Position numbers and translations under genes: made by a program. The notes beneath the pieces are model-generated. The model was not told the origin of the DNA. It ran no database searches and was given only the letters and a program-made list of their open reading frames with translations. 64,000 nucleotides of DNA from Candidatus Marinacidobacterales bacterium (GTDB taxonomy: Bacteria > Acidobacteriota > Vicinamibacteria > Marinacidobacterales > SMYC01), in contig CBDCYI010000005.1 of NCBI GenBank assembly GCA_965224085.1, forward strand, positions 1,312,001-1,376,000, in the 5' to 3' direction. How positions within the stretch are numbered: position 1 is the first letter of the stretch; each line of letters opens with the position of its first letter. This document shows, piece by piece, positions 8,679 to 18,132 of the stretch.

Positions 8679-10827
8679 GATAAGGAGAGTTGAAACCGTC
8701 CCAGATCGTGACCTCTTCGATGGTGTCGGAAGGCTCGATGCGGTCCACGATCTCCATCCCTCTCGTGACTTGCCCGAATACCGTGTGTAGGCCGTCGAGG
8801 TCAGGCCTCGGCAAGTGGGTGATGAAGAATTGGCTGCCGGCGGTGTCTTTGCCGTGATCCGCCATAACGAGCGTGCCGCGCGCGATGGGCCGCGTGTTGA
8901 TTTCCGAGCGGATGGCATAGCCCGGACCGCCATTGCCGTCGCCGCGTGGATCCCCGCTCTGGACGAAGCCGTTGGGCACGACGCGATGGAAGGAGAGGCC
9001 ATCGAAAAAGCCCTGCCGCGCGAGACGGACAAAATTTCGAACCGTGAGCGGCGCATCCAGCACGAACAGCTCGAGCTCGATCGTGCCCCCCCGGCTCGTG
9101 CGGATGAAGGCTTGGGGTGAATAGGGTGGGCTCACATAAGGCTCGTAGGTCCCGAGGCCCTGCTGGCTGGGCCGTGCGATCACCCGCACGTTTTTCGACC
9201 CGCCGTGTCTCAAGATCGACGCGGCTCGGATGCGGACGAGATAGTTGGTGTCCTTGAGCGCTTCGCGCGCCATCGATTCGGCTTCGGCCGCATCCAGCTT
9301 GGCGAGCGCCGCGAGAAGCTCTGCTTTGACCCGAGGCTCGTTGGAGCTCTCGATGAGGAAGGCCTGTTTGACGGGCGCCACACCGTCACGCGCTCGGAGC
9401 GCCGCGAGGCCGCGCGCGGCGGCCAGCCGCTCGAACGGGTCCTTTGCCGTCAAATGCTGAATAAGCACCGTGACCGCACCGCCCGGATCGCGCGTCGCGA
9501 GCGCGGTCAACGCGTGCGCCCGAACCCGAGGATCCAGCTCGTCCACCATCGTTCGCAGGAGCGCTACGCTACGCTCGGACGCCAAGCGTCCCAACAAATC
9601 GGCGAGGGCCGCTCGGACCCGCCAATGCTTGTCTTGGCCGAGGCCCGCCAAAAGAAGCCAAAACCCGTTGGTGTCTTGGCGCGCGAGTGCTCCGAGCGTG
9701 AGCCCACGTATCCATGGGCTCGCGCTCCCGAGCCGATCGATGAGAGGCTCGACGGCCGTCTCCGCGCGCAACTCCGCTAACGCTTTCAGCACTTCGGTCT
9801 GAACATAGCGGGTGTCCCTGTCCAAGAGTGGCACGAGATCATCGGCGCGTGCATGCAGCCGATGGGCTCCCGCGGCGCGAATAGCCTCGATGCGGACGCT
9901 CTCGTTCGGGTCCGCGATGAGGAGGCGTACATAGTCCTGCGCTTGTTCTGAGCTGATGGATCGCAGCCCTCGTGCACCCCAATACCGGAACTCGGGGTTC
10001 CTCGAACCGGCGTAAAAGCGCAGGATGGGAGCGAGCTCGTCGCCCGAGAGTGCTGTGGCTGTCCAAGCCGCGGGCCACCATACGAAACGCGGCGTGCTCC
10101 CCTGGGTCGCAAGTAGTCCCCAGCCGTAGCGAAGGCTATCGAGCCGCGCTAGCGCGAACAAACCGAGGCGCAAATCGAAATGTGGATAGCTCAAAGCCGA
10201 CGCTTGCACATCGTCGCTCCATTGGTAGGGCTCTCCGCCTTTCGGCATCCGGGCGAGAAGCGTCGTCGCGATCGCCTCGGCAGAGCTGGCATCTCCGTTT
10301 TTCCCGAGTGCTTCCACCGCTCGGGCTCGAACCCGCTCGCTCGTGTCGTCCAAAAGCTCGGTCAAACGGTCGATCGCGTCCTTAGGCAGCTCGTCTTCCA
10401 GAAGGCCGAGTGCAAACGCAGCTGTTGCACGCACATAAGGCGACGCGTCATCGAGAAGGGTTGCGATGGTGAGCGCGGCACCAGGGCCGCCGATACGGGC
10501 GCGCACGAGCGCGGCCTGCCCTCGGACTCTGCCAGCGGGATCGCTCAGCCTTGCCTCCACCTCGCCGTCGCCGAGAGAGCGCTCGTCTTCGAGCTTCATG
10601 AGCCGGGAGAGCTTGCTCTCGAGGGTCGGACCGGCCGGTGTCACAGGCGCTGACGCGCACCCCGCGGCAATCCAGATCAAGAAAAAGGCTGCCGGCAAGC
10701 TGACGAAAAAGTACAGCGGCTCGACTGGGCCGACTGCGGAGAGCCGAGCGAGGAGCGAGGGGACGTGCGCGCGAACGAGGCGTTCGCGCGCACGGATCAG
10801 TGGTATTGGGCGCAGCCGCCGTGTCAT
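8668..10827 (-). CDS. HEAT-repeat lipoprotein with C-terminal cyclophilin-type peptidyl-prolyl isomerase
   Basis: AAGC lipobox-like site, many D..VR..AA.ALG repeats, FHRVVPN..Q.GDPRGDG.GGPGY and GSQFFITH; true start may be downstream. Confidence 0.9.
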   Translation of the reverse strand: MTRRLRPIPLIRARERLVRAHVPSLLARLSAVGPVEPLYFFVSLPAAFFLIWIAAGCASAPVTPAGPTLESKLSRLMKLEDERSLGDGEVEARLSDPAGRVRGQAALVRARIGGPGAALTIATLLDDASPYVRATAAFALGLLEDELPKDAIDRLTELLDDTSERVRARAVEALGKNGDASSAEAIATTLLARMPKGGEPYQWSDDVQASALSYPHFDLRLGLFALARLDSLRYGWGLLATQGSTPRFVWWPAAWTATALSGDELAPILRFYAGSRNPEFRYWGARGLRSISSEQAQDYVRLLIADPNESVRIEAIRAAGAHRLHARADDLVPLLDRDTRYVQTEVLKALAELRAETAVEPLIDRLGSASPWIRGLTLGALARQDTNGFWLLLAGLGQDKHWRVRAALADLLGRLASERSVALLRTMVDELDPRVRAHALTALATRDPGGAVTVLIQHLTAKDPFERLAAARGLAALRARDGVAPVKQAFLIESSNEPRVKAELLAALAKLDAAEAESMAREALKDTNYLVRIRAASILRHGGSKNVRVIARPSQQGLGTYEPYVSPPYSPQAFIRTSRGGTIELELFVLDAPLTVRNFVRLARQGFFDGLSFHRVVPNGFVQSGDPRGDGNGGPGYAIRSEINTRPIARGTLVMADHGKDTAGSQFFITHLPRPDLDGLHTVFGQVTRGMEIVDRIEPSDTIEEVTIWDGFNSPYRER

Positions 10828-10856
10828 CGGGCGGCATTATATCTCGCCGCCATCTG

Positions 10857-11969
10857 CTACGACGGCGTGAGCACGCGATGGGAGATGCGGTGTTTCGCGA
10901 TCCGATCCTCGAGCACCGTGTAGCCGATCCCAGGGCCGTCGGGCACTTGAATCGTGCCGTCGCTCCGGACTTCAACCGTGGGCTCGATGAGCTCCTCGAC
11001 GAAATAGCGCTTGGAGTCCGCGACGTCTCCCGGCAGCGCAAAATTCGGGAGCGTGGAGAGGTGGACGTTATGCGCGCGTCCAATCCCGCTCTCGAGCATA
11101 CCGCCACACCAGACCGGGATGTCGTGCTCGGCGGCGAGCTTCTGGATGTTCGAAGCGCTCGAGAGTCCACCCACGCGGCCGGCTTTGACGTTGATGATAC
11201 GGGTTGCGGACATCTCGATCGCCCGTCTTGCGTCGTCGAGCGAGTGGACGGATTCATCGAGACATACCGGAGTCTTGATTTGCTTTTGGAGCGCCGCGTG
11301 GTCCCACATGTCGTGGTAGTCCAGAGGCTGCTCGATCATCATCAGATCGTAAGCGTCCATTTCTTGAAAGAGCTTCACGTCGTCCAAGGTATAGGCACTA
11401 TTGGCGTCCACCATCAGGAGGATATCGGGAAAGCGCTCGCGCACTTGCCGCACGATGTCGAGGTCCCAGCCCGGTTTGATTTTGATCTTGATCCGCCGGT
11501 AACCGTCCGCGAGCTCGCCTTCGATTTTCGACAGAAGCTGGTCGACGCTGTCTTGGATGCCGATCGAGGCACCGGAAGCGATCTCCGTGCGCGTCCCCCC
11601 GAGCGCCTTCGAGAGGGACTCGTCCCGCATCCGGGCATAAGCTTCCCAAAAACCCATCTCGACGGCTGCTTTCGCCATGTTGTGACCGCGGATGGCGTGG
11701 AGCGAGGGAAGCAGCTCGTCGGGATGGGCGTAGTCGCGTCTGAACACTATGGGTGCGATGAAATCTTCAATCGCATGGAGCGCGGTCTGGACCGTTTCCG
11801 ATGAGTAAAACGGTGACTCGCTAGCGACGCATTCGCTCCAGCCGGTCACCCCGTCGACCGTGACCTGAAGCAGCAAGAAACGCTCGTAGGTGACGCGCGC
11901 AAAACTCGTCTCGAAGAAGTTTTTGAGGTCCAGCTTGACCTCGTGGATCCCGATCGATTCGATTTTCAT
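10857..11969 (-). CDS. o-succinylbenzoate synthase / N-succinylamino acid racemase (enolase superfamily, NSAR/OSBS type)
   Basis: KIKIKPG, VDANSAY, EQPL, LDES, INVK.GRVGG, WCGGMLE, LPGD. Confidence 0.9.
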   Translation of the reverse strand: MKIESIGIHEVKLDLKNFFETSFARVTYERFLLLQVTVDGVTGWSECVASESPFYSSETVQTALHAIEDFIAPIVFRRDYAHPDELLPSLHAIRGHNMAKAAVEMGFWEAYARMRDESLSKALGGTRTEIASGASIGIQDSVDQLLSKIEGELADGYRRIKIKIKPGWDLDIVRQVRERFPDILLMVDANSAYTLDDVKLFQEMDAYDLMMIEQPLDYHDMWDHAALQKQIKTPVCLDESVHSLDDARRAIEMSATRIINVKAGRVGGLSSASNIQKLAAEHDIPVWCGGMLESGIGRAHNVHLSTLPNFALPGDVADSKRYFVEELIEPTVEVRSDGTIQVPDGPGIGYTVLEDRIAKHRISHRVLTPS

Positions 11970-12033
11970 CGCGGGATCGTAGCGCAGTTGACCGTCATTC
12001 GCTGCTGCTATCCGCTACTCCTCTGCTAACGAT

Positions 12034-13350
12034 TTACCAAGGCAGATATTTGCCGATCGCGTCGATTTTAGACAGATCGACAGCGAGGACGGTCACCATC
12101 AGAAGCAGCAGCATCACGAAGCCGACTTGCAGGATGCGCTCTTTGACCTGCCGGCTGAAATCACGGCCGGCGAGGCCCTCGAGCGCGATGACCGCCATGT
12201 GGCCGCCATCGAGAAGCGGTATAGGAAGCAGATTCAAGATTCCGAGGTTCAGGCTGAGAAATGCCATGAACATGAAGAGCTGTCGGGCGCCGCGTCGCGC
12301 TGTCTCGCCTGCGGCGACGCCGATCCCCACCGGCCCTGAGAGCGTATTCAGCGAGGCGCGCCCGGTCACGAGCCGTCCGAGCACGATGAAGGTCAGGCGG
12401 GTGAAACGCGACGTTTCCCCGAGTGCCTCCTTCAGGGCGAGCGCGGGATTCGTGACGCGAAAGAGCACCGTCGGTGTTGCGTCGAAGTTGATGCCGATGA
12501 GCCAGCGGCCGTCGTCTTGTTGAGGCGTGAGAATGAACTCCATGCTCTCCTGGTTGCGAAGGATCCCGAGCGTAACTGGCTCTCCCTGGCGAGCCTCGAT
12601 CCCTTCGATGAGCTCGGTGAAATGGAAGATGGGTTTGCCGCCCACTTTCGTGATGATGTCGCCTTCTCGCATCCCCGCGCGCTCGGCAGGGAAATCCTCG
12701 AACAGCGCGGCGACTTGAGGCTGAATGGCGGGAAACAATCCGGCATAGCCGATTTCTTCATCGCCGCGGGCCTCGATCTCGATAGGAAACTGGATGGTTT
12801 GAGCGTCCCGCTCGACGCTCAGCATGAGGGTATCGTTCGCGCTGACGATGAACTTGTCGAGCGCCGCCTTCCAGCTCACGACCGGTTCCCCGTCGATGGC
12901 GGTAATACGGTCGCCAGGCTGCACGCCGCCTCGGCTGGCCGGCGAGTCCTCAGCGACGAAACGGACGTCGACCGGATCGTCGAGACCCGCGGGTCGCTCG
13001 ACGCCGACCATGAACAAAACGGTCAGAATAAGGATCGACAGTACGATGTTCATGGCTGGGCCAGCGAGCAGAATGGCGAGCCGTTCCCACTTGGAGTGGC
13101 TCATGAACTCTTCGGGATCGCCCGTGGCCTCCATCGGGTTGTCCCCGGCCATCTTCACGTAGCCGCCGAGAGGCAACGCGCCGATTCGATACTCCGTATC
13201 TCCCCAGGTGCGGCCGACGATCTTGGGCGGAAAGCCTAGCGAGAAGACTTTGACTTTGACACCTACCCATTTCGCGACGAGGAAATGACCTGCCTCGTGC
13301 ACGAAGACGAGCACCCCCAGAACGAAAACAAAAGCCAGCATATAGGTCAT
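12034..13350 (-). CDS. rseP: RIP metalloprotease RseP
   Basis: HEAGH, two PDZ-like domains, NLLPIPLLDGG. Confidence 0.97.
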   Translation of the reverse strand: MTYMLAFVFVLGVLVFVHEAGHFLVAKWVGVKVKVFSLGFPPKIVGRTWGDTEYRIGALPLGGYVKMAGDNPMEATGDPEEFMSHSKWERLAILLAGPAMNIVLSILILTVLFMVGVERPAGLDDPVDVRFVAEDSPASRGGVQPGDRITAIDGEPVVSWKAALDKFIVSANDTLMLSVERDAQTIQFPIEIEARGDEEIGYAGLFPAIQPQVAALFEDFPAERAGMREGDIITKVGGKPIFHFTELIEGIEARQGEPVTLGILRNQESMEFILTPQQDDGRWLIGINFDATPTVLFRVTNPALALKEALGETSRFTRLTFIVLGRLVTGRASLNTLSGPVGIGVAAGETARRGARQLFMFMAFLSLNLGILNLLPIPLLDGGHMAVIALEGLAGRDFSRQVKERILQVGFVMLLLLMVTVLAVDLSKIDAIGKYLPW

Positions 13351-13380
13351 GAAATTGAAATCTCCTCGCTGCGCACTAGA

Positions 13381-15070
13381 CTAGTTCCTGTCCAGAAACA
13401 CCATAACTTGTGGTGTACGAGAGGCCTATCGAAGATGTGGGTATTATACGTTTTCAGTCGGCACCTCGTAGGCTCGGAAGCGAATGAAAATCTTGGACGA
13501 AACGAGAGGCGAATCGTCAGCAATCCATGGCTATAAACGCAGTAAGAGTAATCATTATTATCGTAATAGGTGCCTTGCCATTACCAACAGGTTGCAGGTG
13601 ATGATGGAACTCCATACGTAGGATTTGAAAGAAGGCAATGAGCGCCATGTGCATCGGTCGAGACCAAAGACTCGTTTCAAGAACGAAATGACGCCTTCGA
13701 TTCCGCAGCGAAATCGCCGTAGGCGTTGATAGACCCAGGAACTCTTGACCATATCGGTCACCGCGAAGTGAGCCTTGGTAAAGGCAACATCTTCAACTCC
13801 CTTGCCTTTGATGGCTTCCAAGTTTGCCTTTGAAGAAAACGCGCCATCGTAGGCGACCTGGCGCGGGGCCCGTTCGTAGAGTTCGACTTGACGGTCGATC
13901 ATGGTTTCCGCGAGAGTTGAATCGGACGGATTCCCATCCAAGATCACGCAATCCAAAATCATCGAGGACGAGCCACCAGTCAAACACACCTTGTGACCGT
14001 AGAGAGTCTCGCGCCGGTCTTTGCGAATAATGTCGGTGTGTTCTTCGAAGATCGAAACGACCTTTTCCTCCGCAGGCACACGCTCTTCATCAATCACTCT
14101 ACGCCGAGTTTGGTTGATGACTTTTTCGGTGAGGACGAGAAAGTGCTTAAAATCCGCGGCGATCTTCTCCGCACTCGCTCGCTTCACCGGCTCGGTCAAG
14201 CCGGACTCGTCCAACTGGTCTGCAACGCGTTGAGCGGAGCGATAGGTTTCTTCCGACACCTTCAGTAGATCTCGATAGACGCGACGCCTTTGTTCCTTAT
14301 CCTTCGCGTTTAGAACTCCCAGTCGACGTCTCTTCGCTCGACGCGTTCGATTGCCGAAGACCACTACTGTACCCAGCAGTTCGCGAGTTCGGCACATGAG
14401 GCGAGTGAGAACTCGGACGCAGTCATAAAGAAGCTCGGAGTCCGTAGGAGAATGAATATTCGACTCCACTACCGTGCAGTCCACTCGTACTTTTCTTCCT
14501 TTTTCGATCGCGGTCTTCTCGGCAACACTCACCAACTCTCGGTTGATTTTCTCCAGCGTTTCGAACTTCACGGCTTTGATGTTTGCTGCTAGGGTCGACT
14601 TCGACGGGCTCGGCTCTATGATGCCGAGCTGGCAAAACGTCCGATAGCTTCGAGAGTCTGCCAAGTGAAACGCCAGCTCCCGATAGGTGAACTGATTCAG
14701 CTGCTTGACCAACAACGCCCGGAGAACCTGCTCCGCGCTCATTCCCCCACGACCAACATCGCTCCCTGCCGATGGGGTGACCGACCTCAGGTCTTGCAGT
14801 ACCAGCTCATTGAGCTTAGGATGGGCATCGAGCAGCGATGATATCGTTTCGAGCTCGCGTGCGTGCTCCAGCTCCAGCCAGGGCTCGCGAAGGCTTGGTT
14901 GTGGGTTGATCGTTTTTCGCATTTAGGGCTGGTCTCCTTTGGAGTTAAGTCGTTTAGAATCTGCGTTTTTGTCGACTCGATACTAAACGACACTCCCTCA
15001 GAAGGCTAGCCCTAAATTTGCGATTACCCCTTTTTTCTCAACCTCTTACACCTGTCAGGACGGGTACTAG
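13381..15070 (-). mobile_element. Insertion sequence (ISNCY/IS5-like DDE type) between dxr and rseP
   Basis: Inverted ends CTAGTTCCTGTCC / CTAGTACCCGTCC; direct repeat ACTAGACTA at 13375-13383 and 15066-15074; visibly lower GC. Confidence 0.88.
13558..14922 (-). CDS. DDE transposase (ISNCY-like)
   Basis: GR.GMSAEQVLR, YRELAFHLADS, RVDCTVVE, YDGAF, R.GIEGVIS.LKR; intact 454-aa ORF. Confidence 0.93.
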   Translation of the reverse strand: MRKTINPQPSLREPWLELEHARELETISSLLDAHPKLNELVLQDLRSVTPSAGSDVGRGGMSAEQVLRALLVKQLNQFTYRELAFHLADSRSYRTFCQLGIIEPSPSKSTLAANIKAVKFETLEKINRELVSVAEKTAIEKGRKVRVDCTVVESNIHSPTDSELLYDCVRVLTRLMCRTRELLGTVVVFGNRTRRAKRRRLGVLNAKDKEQRRRVYRDLLKVSEETYRSAQRVADQLDESGLTEPVKRASAEKIAADFKHFLVLTEKVINQTRRRVIDEERVPAEEKVVSIFEEHTDIIRKDRRETLYGHKVCLTGGSSSMILDCVILDGNPSDSTLAETMIDRQVELYERAPRQVAYDGAFSSKANLEAIKGKGVEDVAFTKAHFAVTDMVKSSWVYQRLRRFRCGIEGVISFLKRVFGLDRCTWRSLPSFKSYVWSSIITCNLLVMARHLLR

Positions 15071-16233
15071 ACTAACGTGGCTGGCGCGGCCGGCGCCTGG
15101 ATGAGGCCCTCGGCGCATTCTCGCGCCCAGCGATCGGCCTCGAGCACGGTCTCGATCTCCCGCGCTGGCTTCGGGTCGTGCCGAGCGAGCGTGGTCTGGA
15201 GCGTTTCCACGATCGACAAGAATCCGATGCGCTCGTCCAGAAAGGCTGCCACGGCGACTTCGTTGGCCGCGTTCAGAACAGCGGGCGCCGTGCCTCCCTG
15301 TGACAGTGCTTCATAAGCGAGGCGGAGGCAGGCGAATCGTTCGAAATCCGGGGGGCCTAGCTCGAGCTGCAAAGGCGTTTCGAGATCGAGAGGCGGCAAT
15401 CCGGTATCGAGCCGCTCCGGATAGGTCAACGCATATTGGATCGGCAGGCGCATATCCGTGACACCGAGCTGCGCGATGAGCGACCCGTCCTCGAGCTCGA
15501 CCATCGAATGGATGACGGATTGGGGGTGGACGACGACGCGCACCTGCTCGGGGCGCACGCCGAAAAGCCAATAAGCTTCGATGATCTCGAGTCCTTTATT
15601 CATCATCGTCGCTGAGTCGATCGTGATTTTCGGCCCCATTTTCCACGTCGGGTGCTGAAGGGCGCGCTCGGGAGTCGCCTCCTGCATCTCGGAAAGGCTC
15701 GCGGTCCGAAACGGGCCGCCCGAAGCCGTCAACCAAATGCGCTTCACGGGCTGGTCGCGGCCGTCGAGGCATTGATGGATGGCGTTGTGCTCGCTATCCA
15801 CAGGGAGCAGCGTGGCGCCCGCCGCAGCGACGGCTTTTGTCATGAGCTCTCCCGCCATGACGAGCGTTTCTTTGTTCGCGAGCCCAACGCTCTTCCCGGC
15901 TTCGATCGCGCGCAGCGTCGGCACGAGACCGACCGCTCCGACCGTGGCGGAGACGACGAAATCGACTTCTAGATGCGTGGCGACGTCAACGAGCCCGTCG
16001 ACACCGCTCCGGACGTCGAGCTCTGGAAAATCGCGACGGAGAGTCTCGGCCTGATTCGAGCTTGCCACGCTGACGATAAGGGGGCAGTATTTCCGAATCT
16101 GTGCGCTGAGCGCATCCACGCTGCGACCCGCGGCAAGCCCGATGACGCGGAAACGGTCTGGGAAACGATCGATGACCCGTAGCGTATTGGTGCCGATCGA
16201 GCCGGTAGATCCGAGGATCGAGACGCCTTTCAT
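15067..16233 (-). CDS. dxr: 1-deoxy-D-xylulose 5-phosphate reductoisomerase
   Basis: LGSTGSIG, ANKE, PVDSEH, HPTWKMGPKITIDSATMMNKGLE. Confidence 0.98.
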   Translation of the reverse strand: MKGVSILGSTGSIGTNTLRVIDRFPDRFRVIGLAAGRSVDALSAQIRKYCPLIVSVASSNQAETLRRDFPELDVRSGVDGLVDVATHLEVDFVVSATVGAVGLVPTLRAIEAGKSVGLANKETLVMAGELMTKAVAAAGATLLPVDSEHNAIHQCLDGRDQPVKRIWLTASGGPFRTASLSEMQEATPERALQHPTWKMGPKITIDSATMMNKGLEIIEAYWLFGVRPEQVRVVVHPQSVIHSMVELEDGSLIAQLGVTDMRLPIQYALTYPERLDTGLPPLDLETPLQLELGPPDFERFACLRLAYEALSQGGTAPAVLNAANEVAVAAFLDERIGFLSIVETLQTTLARHDPKPAREIETVLEADRWARECAEGLIQAPAAPATLV

Positions 16234-16252
16234 ATCACTATTCTAGCGAATT

Positions 16253-17065
16253 TCACGCCATCCACAGGAGGCAAAGAAGGAGGGCAGGCCCTGCGAACAA
16301 AACCGAGTCGATCCGGTCCAGGACGCCTCCGTGGCCGGGAATCAGCGCCGAGGTGTCCTTCACGCCGGCCGAGCGTTTGAGGAACGACTCGAAGAGATCG
16401 CCGAGGACCCCCAGGAGGCTGAGCATCAAGCCGAGTCCGATCGCGTTGGCCGTTTTGAGCTCCGGAGACCAAAGCTCGACGAGTGCGACCGACACGGCGA
16501 TCGAAGCGACGATGCCGCCCACGAGACCCTCCACGGTTTTCTTGGGGCTCAGTCGTGGCGCGAGCGCGTGACGGCCGAGGGAGCGACCCGCGTAATAAGC
16601 GCCTGCGTCGCCGACAAAGACGACCGCGAGCAGAAAGATCACCGAGTGCCGCCCGGCGGGCTCCGGGCCAAGCATCCGAAGCGCGACGATACTGCCCAGG
16701 AGGGCCCCCACGTAGAAGGTCGCAAAAAAAGTACCCATGGCCCCGACGAGCCTTCCCCTGCTAGGGCTCCACTGGACGACGACCGTTCCGCCGATCACGA
16801 GAATCGATAGGAGTGTCGCGTGGGTGAGCGTGAGCGCCTCGAAATAGAAGGCGCTCGTGACCAGTAGCACCGTGAGATAGCCCGCCCCGAGAAGCTCTTG
16901 ACCTGAGCCCTTAATCCCGGACGAGCTCTTCATCAATGAAGCGAGCTCCCCATAGCCGAGAAGCGCCACGACCAGCGCGAGGGCAAAGAACAGCCAGTCC
17001 GGGCCGAGTAGAATGATCGCGAGAAGAAGAGGAACAGCGACGGCGGCGGTCAAGAGGCGACTCAT
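16253..17065 (-). CDS. cdsA: Phosphatidate cytidylyltransferase
   Basis: SPKKTVEG, GDLFESFLKR..GVKD, PGHGGVLDRIDS. Confidence 0.96.
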   Translation of the reverse strand: MSRLLTAAVAVPLLLAIILLGPDWLFFALALVVALLGYGELASLMKSSSGIKGSGQELLGAGYLTVLLVTSAFYFEALTLTHATLLSILVIGGTVVVQWSPSRGRLVGAMGTFFATFYVGALLGSIVALRMLGPEPAGRHSVIFLLAVVFVGDAGAYYAGRSLGRHALAPRLSPKKTVEGLVGGIVASIAVSVALVELWSPELKTANAIGLGLMLSLLGVLGDLFESFLKRSAGVKDTSALIPGHGGVLDRIDSVLFAGPALLLCLLWMA

Positions 17066-17073
17066 CGTCGCGA

Positions 17074-17290
17074 CTAGTGCCCTATATCAGTGATTCGTCG
17101 CATAGAGCTCGAGGCCGTTTTGTAGGCTGGCGAGGCCGTGACGACGCAGTCATATCCAGATATCTCTGGCCGCTTTCCGAGTGTCGAATGGAGCGCTCGG
17201 CCGAGGCCGCACTGCAAGGATTGCTAAAACCAAGCCAGGCCGCAAACGGGCCCGAGATTTGTGTGACGAATCACTGATACAGCGCACTAG
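17074..17290. mobile_element. 217-bp non-coding MITE-like element bounded by CTAG
   Basis: About 47-bp imperfect terminal inverted repeats (CTAGTGCcCTaTATCAGTGATTCGTCgCA... vs CTAGTGCgCTgTATCAGTGATTCGTCaCA...); the right CTAG contains the uppS stop codon. Confidence 0.85.
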
Positions 17291-18081
17291 GCCGTGCTGC
17301 GCGTCGAAGCGGCGATGCCTCCGTAGCGGCGGTCGCGCTTTTGGAAGTCGATGATCGCCTCGAAAAGCTCCCGCTTTCGAAAATCCGGCCACAACGTGTC
17401 TGTAACCCAAATCTCCGCATAGGCGATTTGCCAAAGAAGGAAGTTGGAGATGCGGAGCTCGCCGCTCGTCCGGATCATCAGGTCCGGGTCGGCGATACCC
17501 GCTGTGTACAGACGTTCCGCGAAGAAGGCTTCGTCAATCTCAGGCGCCTCACCGCGGGCGAGCGCCTCGTTCACGATGCGCTGGCACGCATCCGTGATCT
17601 CGGCGCGGCCCCCGTAATTGAGTGCGATGTTGAACAAGAGGCCCCGGTTGTTTCGCGTACGTTCCATCCCGGCCTTGAGCTCGCTGACGACATCGCCGGG
17701 TAGCTCAGACAGGCGGCCGATCACCTGGAAGCGGATATTGTTCTTCATAAGCGTCGAAAGCTCGAGCCGCAGATATTGTTTGAGCAGCTTCATCAGAACG
17801 TCGACTTCCGTACGTGGACGTTTCCAGTTCTCGACAGAGAACGCGTAGAGCGTCAAAACGGGAACATCGAGCCGAGTGCAAGTCTCGACGATCTCTCGAA
17901 CGGAGGCGATTCCAGACCGGTGTCCTTCGACGCGCGGCAGGCCGTGCCCTTTCGCCCATCGACCGTTGCCGTCCATGATGACGGCGATATGGGCCGGGAG
18001 CCTCGAGAGGTCGATCTTCTCGAAGAGCAGTCTTTCGATGGAGCCTTCTTCTGTCGTATCCAAAATATCTTGGCGGCTCAT
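17287..18081 (-). CDS. uppS: Undecaprenyl diphosphate synthase (cis-isoprenyl transferase)
   Basis: HIAVIMDGNGRWA, YAFSVENWKRP, IRTSGE.RISNFLLWQ. Confidence 0.98.
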   Translation of the reverse strand: MSRQDILDTTEEGSIERLLFEKIDLSRLPAHIAVIMDGNGRWAKGHGLPRVEGHRSGIASVREIVETCTRLDVPVLTLYAFSVENWKRPRTEVDVLMKLLKQYLRLELSTLMKNNIRFQVIGRLSELPGDVVSELKAGMERTRNNRGLLFNIALNYGGRAEITDACQRIVNEALARGEAPEIDEAFFAERLYTAGIADPDLMIRTSGELRISNFLLWQIAYAEIWVTDTLWPDFRKRELFEAIIDFQKRDRRYGGIAASTRSTA

Positions 18082-18132
18082 GGCTAGAAGATTACTCTAG
18101 CATATCGACCACGCTCAGGCCCTTTCGGGCGT

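Noticed and set aside
16893-16930. AGCTCTT repeat in cdsA as a third duplication-plus-filler insert
   Set aside because: The 31-nt offset would break the frame if removed; probably chance
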